Positions 42,119-57,561 of a stretch of 64,000 nt of DNA are shown here, one piece after another. The position numbers and the translations under genes were made by a program. The stretch spans positions 15,252,001-15,316,000 of the forward strand of contig OZ024754.1 in assembly GCA_964016885.1 (NCBI GenBank), written 5' to 3'. This stretch comes from Eledone cirrhosa (lineage: Eukaryota). Each line of letters begins with the position of its first letter. The stretch's first letter is position 1. The notes beneath the pieces were generated by a model that worked only from the letters and a program-made list of their open reading frames with translations, searched no databases and was not told the DNA's origin.

Positions 42119-42246
42119 AGTTTTAATATAGATGAGATTCTACAGGACTAGAACTGTTTCATTCTTTAGAAATCATCAGGGATTCCTGATGATTTCTAAA
42201 GAATGAAACAGTTCTAGTCCTGTAGAATCTCATCTATATTAAAACT
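42119..42246. repeat. Near-perfect palindrome with about 60-bp arms, made of an HHR and its antisense copy
   Basis: HHR 42181-42229 (+): gattc-CTGATGA-tTTCT aa AGAAt-GAAA-CAG ttctagtc CTG-TA-gaatc. Confidence 0.85.
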
Positions 42247-42312
42247 TTTATACTCTGCAATGTATTGAGTACCTTACTTACTGTGGTTACCTCCGATTCA
42301 ACCCGGAATAAC

Positions 42313-42352
<40 letters not shown>

Positions 42353-42491
42353 TAAAAGAGAAAACACAGGTAAGCATTAAGAGAAGGATTTAATCCAGGT
42401 ATTTACGACCGTTTCATTGGTAAGTGCAACCTTATATTGCTATACTGCAAATAGCAGCCCAAATTTTCAAAATAGCAATTTTTTGCTTCTT

Positions 42492-42578
<87 letters not shown>

Positions 42579-43037
42579 CCTATATATTTATAGGTAGTAA
42601 AATTTAGTTAACGACGAATACTTTTGCATTACTTCAAATTCCTGTCGAATTTAATGTAACTTAAACTTATTCATCTAACATATATAATAGGCGTTTGTAG
42701 TTCTTGACGTTTAGAATCTCTTTACCCATTCTTAATATCACGACCATGTAACGTAAAGTAACCTTATATTTAATATCTATCCACCTTTTCACTTAGCCAT
42801 TATTCCCCCAATATGTATAACTATATATCTGTATGTATGTACGTATACACGTTTCTTTGTATGCATGTATCTGTGTATATATATATGTGTGTGTGTGTGT
42901 GTGTATATGTATATATATATATATATATAAGCAACGGCTAGGAATTCAGTCCACGCTTTGCTATTTCCTATCCACTGAATTATTTTTTAATAAGTTTCCA
43001 GAGTCCTCGCTTTGCCTGGTAACTTGGATGAAAATAG

Positions 43038-43119
43038 ACTTCCCTGACGACGGAATGCTTTTCCATATCTTCTTCGGAAAATATATTTACTCCATTCCAG
43101 AAACTAATTAGTTGGAAGT
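43038..43119 (+). ncRNA. Type I HHR (family of 12062)
   Basis: acttcc-CTGACGA-cGGAATG...CATTCCa-GAAA-CTAATTAG-TT-ggaagt. Confidence 0.75.
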
Positions 43120-43288
43120 GATATTTTAGTAAGTAAGTTAATTTTATAATTTTCTTATTTTACGTTTCTCATATTATTGTTCTGCAACCCCATGTATTGA
43201 ACCACAATGTTACTAAGACAAAACCTATATATCTGCTAGCATTGATATGCATCTGTATGTATATATATGTTACTAGATATAAATTCTT

Positions 43289-43357
<69 letters not shown>

Positions 43358-43526
43358 TATTTATATATATATATACGTATATATATATTATATATATATG
43401 TATATATACGTATATATATATATATATATGTATATATACGTATATATATATATGTATATATACGTATATATATATATATATATATGTATATATACGTATA
43501 TATATATATATATATATATATATACG

Positions 43527-43632
<106 letters not shown>

Positions 43633-43659
43633 ATATTATATATATATATATATATATAT

Positions 43660-44635
43660 AGTGGTGGAACACTGGAAGGTAATATTCGTAGTGGTAGAGA
43701 ACTCAGTCCAAGGGACGAGTTAGGTAGAAGTGGTTACACAACACCATACCGAAAAAAAATTGTTTCACCTTTACGGATCTTCAGCTCGGGATGTGTATGG
43801 TTATAGGAACAGGAAGGACAACCGTACGAACGCGCATGCGCAGAAATTCGGTCACTTCACACAGGCAATACTAGACTGCGTGCGGGAGGTGTAAGCGAGA
43901 TAACTGAAAGTCCGGAAAGTTTTTAGGTTGAAAATAAATTTAAAAAAATTAAAAATAATATTACAAAGAATCAGTCCGGAGTCTTGTAGTTATGCAATAG
44001 TAGTTTGGAGACGTGTGGACAACGTGTGAAAAATTTACTTCTCGTGCTTAGGCAATCACTATTGTGTAATCTCTTTAGGATAGTTATTCGTTCGTCGATA
44101 CATAAGCCACACGTCGTATTTCCCCTTGCGTATGGCTTGGACTTAGTGATGGCTTTTCATTGAATGGAGTAGCCTATACTTGAGTCCTTGAGGGACCATA
44201 CGTGGCTCGCGAGTTTCGTGGATGAACATCTGTCCGAGGTATCTGAAAGTAGACTGGTTGTTCAGGAAACGCTCCTTGAATCGGCCCTCCGCCATGCCCA
44301 CATAGGATTTGACCTCCTGTGGTTCGTTTGGTCGGTTGGAAGTGACCACAGTTTCATAGATTACAGCTGGTGTGTTGCATTGCTGTTGAAGGGGGCAAAA
44401 CACGAGAAGTGAATTTTTCACACGTTGTCCACACGTCACCAAACATCTATTACATAACTACAAGGCTCCGGACTGATTCTTTGTAATTTTATTTTTAATT
44501 TTTTTCAATTTTATTTTCAACCTAAAAACTTTCCGGACTTTCGCAGTTATCTCCCTTACACGTCCCGTACGCAGTCTAGTATTGCCTGTGTGAAGTGACC
44601 GAGTTTCTGCGCATGCGCGTTCGTACGGTTGTCCT
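43660..44635 (-). mobile_element. PLE 3' fragment (GIY-YIG) with a 5' inverted duplication
   Basis: CPLQQQCNTPAVIY...SYVGMAEGRFKERF. 44400-44635 is inverted against 43815-44045. Degenerate HHR at 43749-43789. Same family as 52265-54580. Confidence 0.85.
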
Positions 44636-44812
44636 AGTTTGAGATACAAATTTGGCTGTATTGTGATGTGCTTTCTAGCAAAAATGCCACCAGTCGTAAG
44701 CAACTACCACACCCCTTCCAACTTGACCGCGACTACGTCACGATTTTTAGCCATTTTGAAATGAATTCTTGGCGCGATCGTTTTGGAAAATTTAATGTCT
44801 AGATATGAGCGA

Positions 44813-44900
44813 GCTTCCTGAAGAATCCGGCGCTCGAGTTTATATAATTATTACATAATTATTGGAAAACTCAAAACACGGACGAAACCATGGTAGAGGT
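44813..44900 (+). ncRNA. Type I HHR
   Basis: gcttc-CTGAAGA-aTCCG...CGGAc-GAAA-CCATGG-TA-gaggt. Confidence 0.65.
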
Positions 44901-45271
44901 ATTTGAATGTATTCTATTTTCTCCTAGTTTATTTTAAACCTAATTCTGCTTAGTTGACTGTATCTAGGCGATTACGCTGTCGAAATATTCGATAAATATT
45001 CCGCTACGGCCGACGCGAAGCGCTAGTTTTGGTTATTTGTCGGAGATTCCTTCATAGAAGCCTCATTCGTATAGCCTGGTCTATTCGATTTTTTGTATAG
45101 TTAATTATGCTAATTGGGAGAGGAAGTAGTATATATAATTTATCTTGTGATTCTATAGACATCTTTTATGATATATAGCTCTGATTGTTTAATTTATTAA
45201 TTTTTCATTGAGCCACAAAGTGACCAGTTGCAAAACACGTATATGTATGTGTATGTATATATATATGTAAA

Positions 45272-45392
<121 letters not shown>

Positions 45393-45397
45393 ATATA

Positions 45398-45430
<33 letters not shown>

Positions 45431-45873
45431 TTATAAATACGTATATATATATATACGTATATATACATATATATATATAAGTATATATATATATATGTAT
45501 ATACGTATATATATATATATATATGTATATACGTATATATATATATGTATGTATACGTACATACATATATGTATACAGATATATATATATACGTATATAT
45601 ACATATATATATATATATGTATATATACACACATATATATATACATATATACATATATATATGTACACAGATACATGCATACAAAGAAACGTGTATACAT
45701 ACATACATACAGATATATAGTTATACATATTGGGGGAATAATGGTTAAGTGAAAAGGTGGATAGATATTAAATATAAGGTTACTTTAAGTTACATGGTCG
45801 TGATATTAAGAATGGGGTAAAGAGATTTCGAAACGTCAAGAACGACAAACGCCTATTATATATGTTAGATGAA

Positions 45874-46262
45874 TTGGCTGTATCGGTAGAGGGTCGGACG
45901 CCATGCTTTCCAGCATAGTTACGTCCCTTTACGATCTGAGTTCAAATCCCGCCGAGGTTGACTTTGCCTTTAATCCTTACGGGGTCGATAAAATAAAGTA
46001 CCAGTAATGCACTGGGTAATTGCTGGCCTTGTGCCTAAAGTAGAAACAATTATATATGTTAGATGAATAAGTTTAAGGGCAGTGAATTGTCAGTATCGGT
46101 AGAGGGTTGGACGCCATGCTTTCTAGCATAGTTACGTCCCTTTATAGTCTGAGTTCAAATCCCGCCGATGTTAACTTTGCCTTTCATCCTTACGTGGTCG
46201 TTAAAATAAAGTACCAGTAATGTACTGGGTAATTGCTGGCCTTGTGCCTGAAGTAGAAACAA
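45874..46262 (+). mobile_element. Two SINE copies (about 45874-46048 and 46077-46262)
   Basis: The first has a 20-bp TSD attatatatgttagatgaat. The empty site is visible in the inverted partner near 42665. Confidence 0.9.
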
Positions 46263-46282
46263 TTATATATATATATATACAC

Positions 46283-46431
<149 letters not shown>

Positions 46432-46773
46432 CACACACACATATATATATATATATATTCATATGTATATATATATATATACATATATATGTGTAAATAT
46501 GATAATAATGGAGCTGCGGCGCTGCAAATGGGTTACATATGAAAAAGTTTGTCCTCATCAGTGGCCATCCAACCGTCGTAGGCATTTCGTCGCATTAGAG
46601 GCCATATACCTCAGGTTGGTGCGAGCAACGGCTAAAAAAAAGTCGTTGGGACACGTAAATAAGGGGGACGCTAGGGTGTATATATATATTCATATGTATA
46701 TATATGTATGTCCGTATGTGTATATATATATATATCATATATATATATGTATGTATATATGTATGTATGTAGC

Positions 46774-46807
<34 letters not shown>

Positions 46808-47183
46808 TGTATGTATGTATGTATATGAATAAGGCTTCCTGAAGGCTTCTGTTTACAAATAAGGGAAATAAATAAAATAGAATATATGCATCAGTGCAAT
46901 CCAAGTTTAATGGCTCCAGCTTTTCACTAAAAGAAGTGTCTTTTGATGCCATCAATCTTATTTTAATTATATATATATATATCTATATATATATATATCC
47001 ACATATATATATATATACATATATATATACATACTGCATATATTCGGGTGGAAATGTTTCTCGTTCCTATATCAAAGTGGTGCTTTAATGTTCAATATCA
47101 CTTTATAACTAGAAAACAGTAGTTTCTTCAATCTAACATTCTCTACAAATATACATGTGTATGTGTGTGAGAGAGTGTGTGAG

Positions 47184-47308
<125 letters not shown>

Positions 47309-47451
47309 TATATGTGTGTATGCGCGTGTGGTGATATCTACACACATATACTAATATATGATATATATATATATATTCATATTTTTTCGTATTTACACAT
47401 TTATTTATTCCCCTTTCTCCCAATCCCTTTTTCTGTGCATATATATATATA

Positions 47452-47533
<82 letters not shown>

Positions 47534-48325
47534 CATACGTAGATATATGCATTGTTTTATATCTACAATTGCAATTGCGTAGATATATGCATTGTTTTAT
47601 ATCTACAATTTTATATCTACATTGTTTTATATCTACAATTTTATATCGCAATATATTGTTATATATGCATCAATAATATTTTTTTCTCATCTTGTCAATT
47701 CTTTTCATTTTTATTTGTAATACTTTTCTAACGAAAGTGCTTTTTGCATATCAAGGCATATTGTTTCATTAAAAGTAAGAATTTACAATGTAATTTGATG
47801 GAGAGAATTTGTTGCTTACATTCAGTTTTGAAAACATTTTGAACATATGAATGCAACTCTTTCTACGAAATGGCCGCCGGATTATTGCATGTTGTGATTT
47901 CACTCTGCTTTTAAAAGTGAATGTAATTCCCATCAAAATTCACAATGTTTCCGCGTTGATTCTCGTGATAAATTAATGTACCTGCGATACCAAAAATTAC
48001 ACGAGCTCAACAAAATACACGCCACTCTCTTTTAAAGGAGGAAGGAATTGTTTGAATAATGTCGTTCTGGTTAAACTATATTTGGAGACTCGAAATGATA
48101 GTCACTACTTAATAGACTTTGTGCCAATCAACAACTTAAGAACTACATGAATCCACAAAGAAACATCTGCTCTCGAAATAGCAATCGAATCTTACGCAAA
48201 TCATACCGTAGTCTAACAATGTAATCTTTTTTCTTTCTTTAAAAGTTCAACGAGATCTAACCTCATTTGCTTACCGAGTGGGGTGGAATCGTAAAAGGTT
48301 TCCAGTGTTATCACAACAAAATCCA

Positions 48326-48414
48326 CTGGTCTGAGGATTCAGGCAGATCTGGAGTCTGGTCTGGAATATTAACCTGGATCATGAGGTGACAGTTTGTGAA
48401 ACAATTGTAACCAG
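48326..48414 (+). ncRNA. Type I HHR
   Basis: ctggt-CTGAGGA-ttCAGGC...GTTTGt-GAAA-CAATTG-TA-accag. Confidence 0.6.
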
Positions 48415-48541
48415 GACTTATCAATAAGTTCTCGATGTAACACCTCCACTTTGTTCTTATTATATACACTCTGCTCTAGCATTAAATGGTGATTTTCGTA
48501 CCCTCACCAGTTTTCTACGGATTTACTGAATCTTCTGCTCC

Positions 48542-48603
<62 letters not shown>

Positions 48604-49269
48604 TGTGTGTCTGTGTGTGTGTCTGTGTGTGTCTGTGTGTGTAGTATGTGTGCATGTGTGTGCCAGATATTATCGTGCAATTACTATTGCATAATCAAGT
48701 TGCATGACGAAGTAAGCGTGAGTTTGTTTTTAGAAACATAATTTGTCCCACCATTAAATAGTTATTTTCACATTTGATAGTTTTACGTTCTTTACTTCTT
48801 TTCTATATTTTATAGAGTTTAATGTCAGACTTCTAATAGTCCTATCTTATTGCTAATCATTTACTCAACCCTTTATGGTAATAAGTCTTTTTAGATTTTA
48901 TCACTGGAAATGGGTTGCTTTCAACACATTTTCAGCTCATCATTCATTTTCCAGCTTTTAACCACAAGTTAACACCAATTTACTCCATTTTCCTAGCATA
49001 ATAATGAGTTTAGAGTTGTTGTTTTTTTTTCGCTGCAACGCTAAGGATATAGTGTGGGATTATGAATCGACCAACGCTCAAATATAGAATTAGTGAAAGA
49101 AAGAATGCGATATTTGTCAGGCTGGCCTGACTGACAAACAGAGAATGAGGGAATGAAAGAATAAAAATACTTCAAGTAAATTCCTATACTGAGAAATAAC
49201 GATTGAAACTTGAAATCTTCATGAAGATCACAGTTTTAATATGAATATTGTTTACGCAAAAAAAACAAC

Positions 49270-49440
49270 TGGTATATGATTGTATGTAGGTGGTAGATTA
49301 TCAGAAAAGTTTGAGCGTTAGCGTCTTCAGTTATTTATTTCATTCTGAGTTCAAATCCCGCCGAGGTTAGCTTTGCCTTTCACCCGTAAGGGTCGATAAA
49401 ATAAAATACCAGTAAAGTGGTGGGGGTCAATAAAATCGAC
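49270..49440 (+). mobile_element. Diverged SINE
   Basis: gagttcaaatcccgccgagg...gcctttcacccgtaagggtcgataaaataaaataccag. Confidence 0.7.
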
Positions 49441-49981
49441 TTTACGTCTGCAGAGAGAAATTCTTTGGAAATAGAGAAAATATTCAATAAATAATAAAAT
49501 GTTGTAGTTTGCTTGAAACACTGCATATAATATATAACGTTGATATATAATATATAACGTTGATATATAATATATAACGTGGAAAGCAACAGAAGGCTAA
49601 ACAATCGAAAATGGACTGTAAGATCAGGTAACGAAAAGTAAGTTGCCAGGTAATCTTTTTTTTTGGGGGGGGGGGGGGGGGGGGCGTCTTTTTGTTGTTC
49701 TTTTTTCTGTAAAATATTTCGGAACATAAAAGTACCTTCTACATCGTTCCTTTGTCAGTGTTGAAAAAAAGGGCAACGATGTTTACAAACAAACCGAGCA
49801 TTATAATAAATGTTCGGTAAACCCATACGTACATATATATATATGTGTGCATGTATGTATGTATATATATATACATACTACTGTACGTCTGTATACATAT
49901 ATTTATGTTTGTATACATACTTATATTTAAGTAAGTAACAGCCGTACTAAGACTGAGAAATGAAATTTCGTTTCATTTTTT

Positions 49982-50054
<73 letters not shown>

Positions 50055-50057
<3 letters not shown>

Positions 50058-50255
50058 CGAAGGAAATGTGGTAAGGAACCAGGTGGACCATAACGCACCA
50101 AAGTACTCAATACTTAGGGTAGTAGAGTGGGTAATAGGAACGAGTAAGACCCCGACGGCTGAGCTCAAGCCGTTTCGACGACTAATTCTGGACTAAATCA
50201 GAATTCGCCGTCGAAACGGCTTGAGCTCAGCCGTCGGGGTCCTACTCGTTCCTAT
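50055..50255. repeat. Short fold-back element carrying the 3' half of an HHR; family also at 51781-52090 and 56678-56880
   Basis: gccgtc-GAAA-CGGC ttgagctca GCCG-TC-ggggtc occurs on both strands, flanked by (TA)n. Confidence 0.75.
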
Positions 50256-50399
50256 ATATATATATATATATATCAAATATATTAAATGGAAATAATGATA
50301 ATAAATGGAAACTATCTTTATAAAACCATATTTATTTTTTTATTATATATATTTCAAGGGTACCAGAATATATATTCTGGAAAAATATTCCCAAATGCA

Positions 50400-51160
50400 A
50401 ATATGAACTGCTAAAGCAGAAATCTAATTTACTGCATTAAATGCCCGAATTGTGAAGAACTATATGTCGGTCAAACTGGAAATGCACTATCGGAACCTGC
50501 ACGGGTGCACCGACAGCAAATCAGAGACCCAAATGTCCGTCAGATACCCGTGAGTACCCATCTAGAAACATGTGGTCAAAAAATATTTATAATATTTCCA
50601 TTCTACAAACTACACAGTGAAATCAAGAGAAAAATTAAAGAAAAGAATTTTATTGATAAATTCCAACCCAAGCTAAATGAACAATAATAATGCTTAGTGG
50701 TATTACTCCTACTATGACTACGCCTACGACCATGTCGACTACCAACACTAACAACAACAACAACAACAATAATAATAATAATAAAAGTGATGTTGATGGT
50801 GATGATTACTGAAGATTTTTTATAAAAACCCTAGAAAATGATATTTTCATCATTTCTAAAAATAGCAAAACAATTGATGCTTTGGATCGGGTCAAATAGA
50901 AGTCGTTAGACATGCTCAACCAACCGTCACGCCTAAACCAATCAGCTTTAGTAATCTAGTGAAACCACACACCGATTGGTCGAAATACAGTTTGCAAAAC
51001 TTAGCATCCTGTAGCCCCTTTTTACTGTATATAAGGCACAGATTTTACCCATCTCATTACAGTCGAAAATTGCAAACTTGACTGTCACCTGAAGATTGCG
51101 AAAGCATGAAAGTACTTGTTCAATTAACGCTTAACACTTAATATTCTACCATACAATTTC
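50400..51160 (+). mobile_element. PLE GIY-YIG 3' fragment and UTR with degenerate HHR
   Basis: CPNCEELYVGQTGNALSE...HRQQIRDP...HLETCG...FIDKFQPKLN. ctgaaga-ttgc-gaaa-gcat-gaaa-gtac-tt at 51089. Confidence 0.65.
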
Positions 51161-51166
51161 ATTATA

Positions 51167-51760
51167 ATCTATATATATAAATAAAACTGCGGATGTCTGT
51201 CTGTGTGTGAGTTTGAATCCCTAAAACTCGAGAACCACCCAACCGACTGTTTTCAAACTTTACATATGTAATACTTATGTTTCAGGGAGTGTTCTAAGCA
51301 AAAAGAATCTCAAATTTTTATGGCCATAGGGACCGCATTAGGCGATTTAGAGATCTCTCTATAATTCTTAGTCTTTCTCTTTTTAGATAGATACATACAT
51401 ATAACGTCGCGCCCTTATAATATTTGCCTGTATGTCTGGCTGTCTGCATTACGTCACTTCCCTGAGGATGTCTGTCTGTCTGTGTGTGTGTGTGTGTGTC
51501 TGTGAGTTTGAATCCCTAAAACTCGAGAAGTACCCAACCGATTTTTTTCAAACTTTACATGTGTATTACTTATGTTTTTCGGAGTGTTATGCACATAAAA
51601 AATTCAACTTTTTCATCTCCTTAGGCCCGCATTAGGTGAAAAACTGCATTTGTTCAGCTTTTTATGGGTTTTTTTAGGCGTTACGTCAGACCGATTTCCT
51701 TGAAATTGTAACTATGTATTAGTCAGTCTCTTCTTCATACCGTGAGCAAAGAAAATCCAC
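51167..51760 (+). mobile_element. Possible non-autonomous Helitron-like repeat with an internal duplication
   Basis: Starts a|tctatatatataaa followed by gtctgtctgtgtg. About 51191-51330 is duplicated at about 51466-51635. Confidence 0.35.
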
Positions 51761-51860
51761 CTTTCTTATGGCCTAGGGCAGTTTCGACGGCTATTTCAGT
51801 CCAGAAATAGCCGTCGAAACGGCTTGAACTCTGTCGTCGGGGTCATACTTTTCCCCATTT

Positions 51861-51950
<90 letters not shown>

Positions 51951-52088
51951 CAAAGGAATTGTGGTAAGGAACCAAATGGACCATAACGCACCAGTGTACT
52001 CAATACTTAGGGCAGTAGAGAGGGAAATAGGAAAAAGTATGACCCCGACGGCAGAGCTCAAGCCGTTTCGACGGCTATTTCTGGACTG

Positions 52089-52151
<63 letters not shown>

Positions 52152-52194
52152 ATATATATACATATATATATATGTGTGTATGTGTATATATATG

Positions 52195-52264
<70 letters not shown>

Positions 52265-54580
52265 AGTGGTTACACAAAAGTTAGTTCACCATACCGAGAA
52301 CAATTGTTTCACCTTAGCGGATCCTCAGCTCGTAATGGATATGGTTATACGGAACAGGAAGGACAACCGTACGAATGCGCATGCGCAGAAACGGTCACTT
52401 TCCTCAGGCAATACTAAATTGCGTGCGAGATGTGTAAGGGAGATAACTGCGAAAGTCCGAAAGTTTCTAGTTGATAAGAAAATTAGGATGTTGTAGCAAT
52501 TCAATCCGGAGCTTTGTAGTTATGTAAGAGTTGTTTCCAGACATGTGGACAACGTGTGAAGAATTCATATCCTGAGTTTAGGCAATCGCTATTGCGTAAT
52601 CTCTTTAGAATATTTATTCGTTCATCAATACCAAGTCCACACGACGGATTGCTCCTTGCGCGTGGCTTGGACTTAGTGATGGCTTTCCATTGAATGGAGT
52701 AGTCTATACATGAGTGCTTGAGGGACCATATGTGGCTCGCGAGTTTCGTGGATGAACGTCTGTCCCGGCACCTATACGTCTACTGGTGGTTCAGGAAGCG
52801 TTCCTTAAATCAGCCCTCCGCCATACCTACATAGGATTTGACCTCCTGTGGTTCGTTTGGTCGGTTGGAAGTGACCACAGCTTCATAAACTACCGCGGGT
52901 GTGTTGCATTGCTGTTGAAGGGGACAAGCTTCGGGCTTACGGCAAGAACACGTTGGTGGGGTGTTGCTCTTAGGGCTGTTGGTGATGTGGACCTTCATGT
53001 TCTTAGCGCAGGAGTATCCTAGTTTTACTTTGTGTCGGTTAAAGATGGAGCAGTATTTATGACCTATGGGAAAGTGTCTATCTAAGAGGGCTAGAAATGT
53101 TTTAACTACATTGGTTTTAACGTTGAGTGAGAAGAGAGGAGAGAACCAGATAGTTTGTCAATTGTTACGCTTTGTTTTCTTATTGCTGTTGTTGTTAGTG
53201 GGAGAGTAAGTGATAGGCTGCGAGAAGCCGCTGTTAGTTAACGCCGTGTTATAGTAGTGTGCCGCTCTGTCAAAGATAGCCTTATTAGAGGAGAGGTTTG
53301 AGATTCTAGTACTGATATTATTTACGAAGTTTCTAAAAACAGTGGGAGTGTGGCATGAGTCCATGTGAATGTAATTGAGTTTTTCGTTAAGCTTATGGAA
53401 GGGTCTGTAGGTGTATGTGCGAAGGTCTAAATTAATGTCTAAGAAATCTACGCTAGAGAGGTTGGTAGCTACTGTTATCCTGAGTCCTAACTCATTGAAG
53501 GTAGAAGCTAAGTCTTTTTTAAACCGGTCGAGGTCGTGACCACTTTTATGGCTCGATAAGGTTAGTCCATCGTCGCGGTATATTCCCGTGTGGAAGTCCG
53601 GGAATCTAACACGTAATAAGTCTAAAATAAAGAGCCAACCAAGTCACATACGTCAGCACTGTCAAACGATCCCATGGAGAGGTCGAATAGGTCTGAAGTT
53701 GTAGACTTCTTTGCCCAGGCTACTCCGTCGTTGAAGAGGAGGGTTTCCGGCAGTGGGCGATGATTTCCCTGTCTAATCATGGACGGTGGTGTAAGTGGTA
53801 ACGAAGTCCAACGCTTTGTTTAACAGGGTCTCTGAGATCGACGGGTAAAAATCAACAACGCCAAACTGTGTGAACTTCGCTTTTTTGGATTTTAAGGAGT
53901 TAAACCACTTAATTACGGAGTCGCTGTTCTCCCACTGGGGCAGGTTGGACTTGGTCCTAATGGTCTTAACTATGCTTCTAAGTATGGCCTTACTGACTAG
54001 TCCCATATCTGTGCGTGCCGGGTTTATTAGTCTACATGTGGGGTTAGAAGTAAAGTCTACCTTGTGATCTTTCAGGGTGAGGAACCCTTCCCGCTTAGCT
54101 AGAGATTGTTTACTTCTTATCTACATTAAGGGTGGCGGCAAGTTCTTTAGCTTCTGTGTTAATGTCGTGGTAGGCCATAGGGTTAGCTTTCTTATATTTG
54201 GAAGTAATAGTGTTATGGGCCAAGTGGCTGTAAGTGGTGTTGTCGACTTCGTAAATATTATTAGTTTCGTCGGAAAGAACGAATGTATTAGTAGAAGACC
54301 TAAATTTCTTAATATCATTTCTAAGTTTAGTTTGAAAGGTGTTTAAAGGGTGTTTGCGAAAGGAAATGTTAGCGACTAAGTCAAGAAGGTCCGCCTCGAA
54401 AGAAGGAAGTTCAGTTACCTTAGGAGAGTAGGCTCTCGATTTCAGGCTGAGGATCCGCTAAGGTGAAACAATTGTTCTCGGTATGGTGAACTAACTGTTG
54501 TGTAACCACTTCTACCTAACTCGTCCCATGGACTGAGTGCTCTACCACTACGGATATTACCTTCCAGTGTTCTACTACAA
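52265..54580 (-). mobile_element. Penelope-like element, decayed ORF, with inverted pseudo-LTR at the 5' end
   Basis: FYPSI, SMGSFDSAD, YRDDG (about 53570), WFSP, CSCRKPEACPL, YVGM. HHR at 52295-52332 (-): cgag-CTGAGGA-tCC gctaa GGt-GAAA-CAATTG-TT-ctcg. The inverted copy starts at 54446. Confidence 0.9.
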
Positions 54581-55039
54581 TATATATATATATATATATA
54601 TAATTCTAATTTGCGGATGACATGATAAAAGTAATCAATAGCAAAGGGAAGTTTAAAAGCTCAATTATTATGGCTATGTAGTTAGTCTTGTTACTCCGAA
54701 TATTCACCTGCAGAGAAAAAAAAAGATATCTTGTTTCATGATCTTAGTGTGTGCAGGTGAAACTCCAGACTAACAGTGCTCACTACTTAGCCATAATAAA
54801 TGTATATATATATATACAGATTACATAAGTATCAAAGTTATGTTTAAATCATTTAATCGCTGACAATTGTTTCTTCCAAACTTAAGCTTGGAGTCCTCGG
54901 AGCATTATCAATGTTTGTACATATAACTAGCCTCCTCTTACTGGTAATAAGGTAGTAATAAATTACTGACCTTCCCTGTTTATAGTTGATTATAGTATAA
55001 TATATACCTAGCTATAAATAGTATAGTATCTTTAATATT

Positions 55040-55115
<76 letters not shown>

Positions 55116-55154
55116 TTAGCTTGTGAAAAACCACAGACCCTCCATCTCAACTCA

Positions 55155-55192
55155 CCTTTTGAAAAGCAGAAGAACTGCGAAACCGGTAAAGG
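55155..55192 (+). ncRNA. Hammerhead-like motif, U3-A8 core variant (copy 2)
   Basis: cctt-TTGAAAA-GCAG aagaa CTGC-GAAA-CCGG-TA-aagg. Confidence 0.6.
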
Positions 55193-55323
55193 AACCAAAT
55201 AAATATATATATTTTTTTTAAAAATAAGACTCCAGTTGCATTTTCGATTTCATCTCTTTTTCTTTATACTTTCACTCGTGTAGGACACTTCGGTTATTTT
55301 TCATTTTGTAAAAAAACCCTCAC

Positions 55324-55409
<86 letters not shown>

Positions 55410-56105
55410 GTGTGTGTGTGTATTTGTATGCATATATATACACATATATACATACACACATGCGTCTATGCATATATACATATGCACATACATACATACA
55501 CTCGTGTGTATTTATGCTATTGTGATATTACTAGAATATTTTGAGCATAAGTCATTTCGATCAGGACTGATCTGAAGCTATCCAACAACAACAATAAAAT
55601 ACACCCATGCCATAAAATGATACGGGTGGATCTCCTTCGGTTTTGATGATGCATGTTCCATACTTTCGGTCAACGAAACGGCCTTTTCATTAAATTAATC
55701 TGGGGTATTTAATTACATGCACCCTTAATGTAATTCAGGTGAAGATTCAGCGTACCAGGGTCAGGCTAGGCTGGACCTTTTAATTGCAAGTACAGTTAAT
55801 CTGGTGAGCTTTCAAACCGTTTAACACACAAGCTTCACCTATCTATAGCTATTACAAAAGAGACTTGCCTAAGATGCTACATCTCCCTTACCATCCTCCG
55901 GGGAGACGTCTTCTCCATTCTGTCCGACGGGGCTGTGGGGCGGCCAGCACGTGGGACCCCATTTGCTCACCATATAGAGAGATAGGGGTGGGGGCGAGAG
56001 AGATGGAGGCGATGACAGGGGGAGTTCGACTCTTCCACGTTCGGATCATATCCTTGTGGTTGTGTTCATTATCTATATAGAAAATTATCTATTTCGCAAG
56101 ATTTG

Positions 56106-56253
<148 letters not shown>

Positions 56254-56280
56254 CATGTATATATATATGTACATATATAT

Positions 56281-56562
56281 ATCCCAAAAGTCAGCTCAAA
56301 AGTAACACAGAGGAGACTGAGGTTAGCTGGACATGCTCACCGACATCCAGAGTTGACATTGCACTCAGTACTCTTTTGGGAGCCCCTACATGGACACACT
56401 AGAAGAGGAAGACCAAGGTTAACGTATGTTGATGCCCTAAGGACAGACACTGGTCTGTTGGAGATGCAGGACATGGCAGCGATAATGAGGGACAGAGACC
56501 GCTGGAGAGAACTCGTCAATGGATCTCGGGAATTTTACCCGCCTTAGATATAGATAGATAGA
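56281..56562 (+). mobile_element. RTE 3' fragment (same family as 22901)
   Basis: [18 protein letters not shown]...GSREFYPP* followed by a (TAGA) tail. Confidence 0.9.
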
Positions 56563-56613
56563 TATATATACATGTATATATATATGTACATATGTATATA
56601 TATACATATGTAC

Positions 56614-56677
<64 letters not shown>

Positions 56678-56876
56678 CGAAGGAAATGTGGTAAGGAACC
56701 AAGTGGACCATAACGCACCAAAGTACTCAATACTTAGGGTAGTAGAGTGGGTAATAGGAACGAGTGAGACCCCGACGGCTGAGCTCAAGCCGTTTCGACG
56801 GCTAATTCTGGACTAAAAATAGTCCAGAATTAACCGTCGAAACGGCTTGAGCTCAGCCGTCGGGGTCCCACTCGTT

Positions 56877-56969
<93 letters not shown>

Positions 56970-57377
56970 GTATATGCATACAGACATACATACACACACA
57001 CATTCACATATGCTAAATTATAATGCCATCGCTCGGCACCATATTAGCTATTGTTGGTGCTTCACCAAATATATCAGTACGTGATGTTTTTTGAAAGTTT
57101 GGTACGATATTATACCTCCCACACACGCACACATACAAACTGATATACACACAGTCAGACACACACTCAATCACACTGTTGCAGATATATGTATACGTAA
57201 CACGTGTGCTCTCACAGTCAAAGTTTTACTTTTCGGTTCACACATCAAGTTCATGTATGATTATTAGTCTGGATACAGCATAACTTGTAATTGAAAGGTT
57301 TGCTTCACAACCACGAAGATCAAGGTCTAGTTACAAATCTTGCGAAATAGATAATTTTCTACATATATATATGTAAG

Positions 57378-57492
<115 letters not shown>

Positions 57493-57561
57493 TGTTATAC
57501 TTTGGGAGGGTCATGTTGCCAATAAGAAACACACGCACCAGTTGCTTTCACTTCAATTTAT

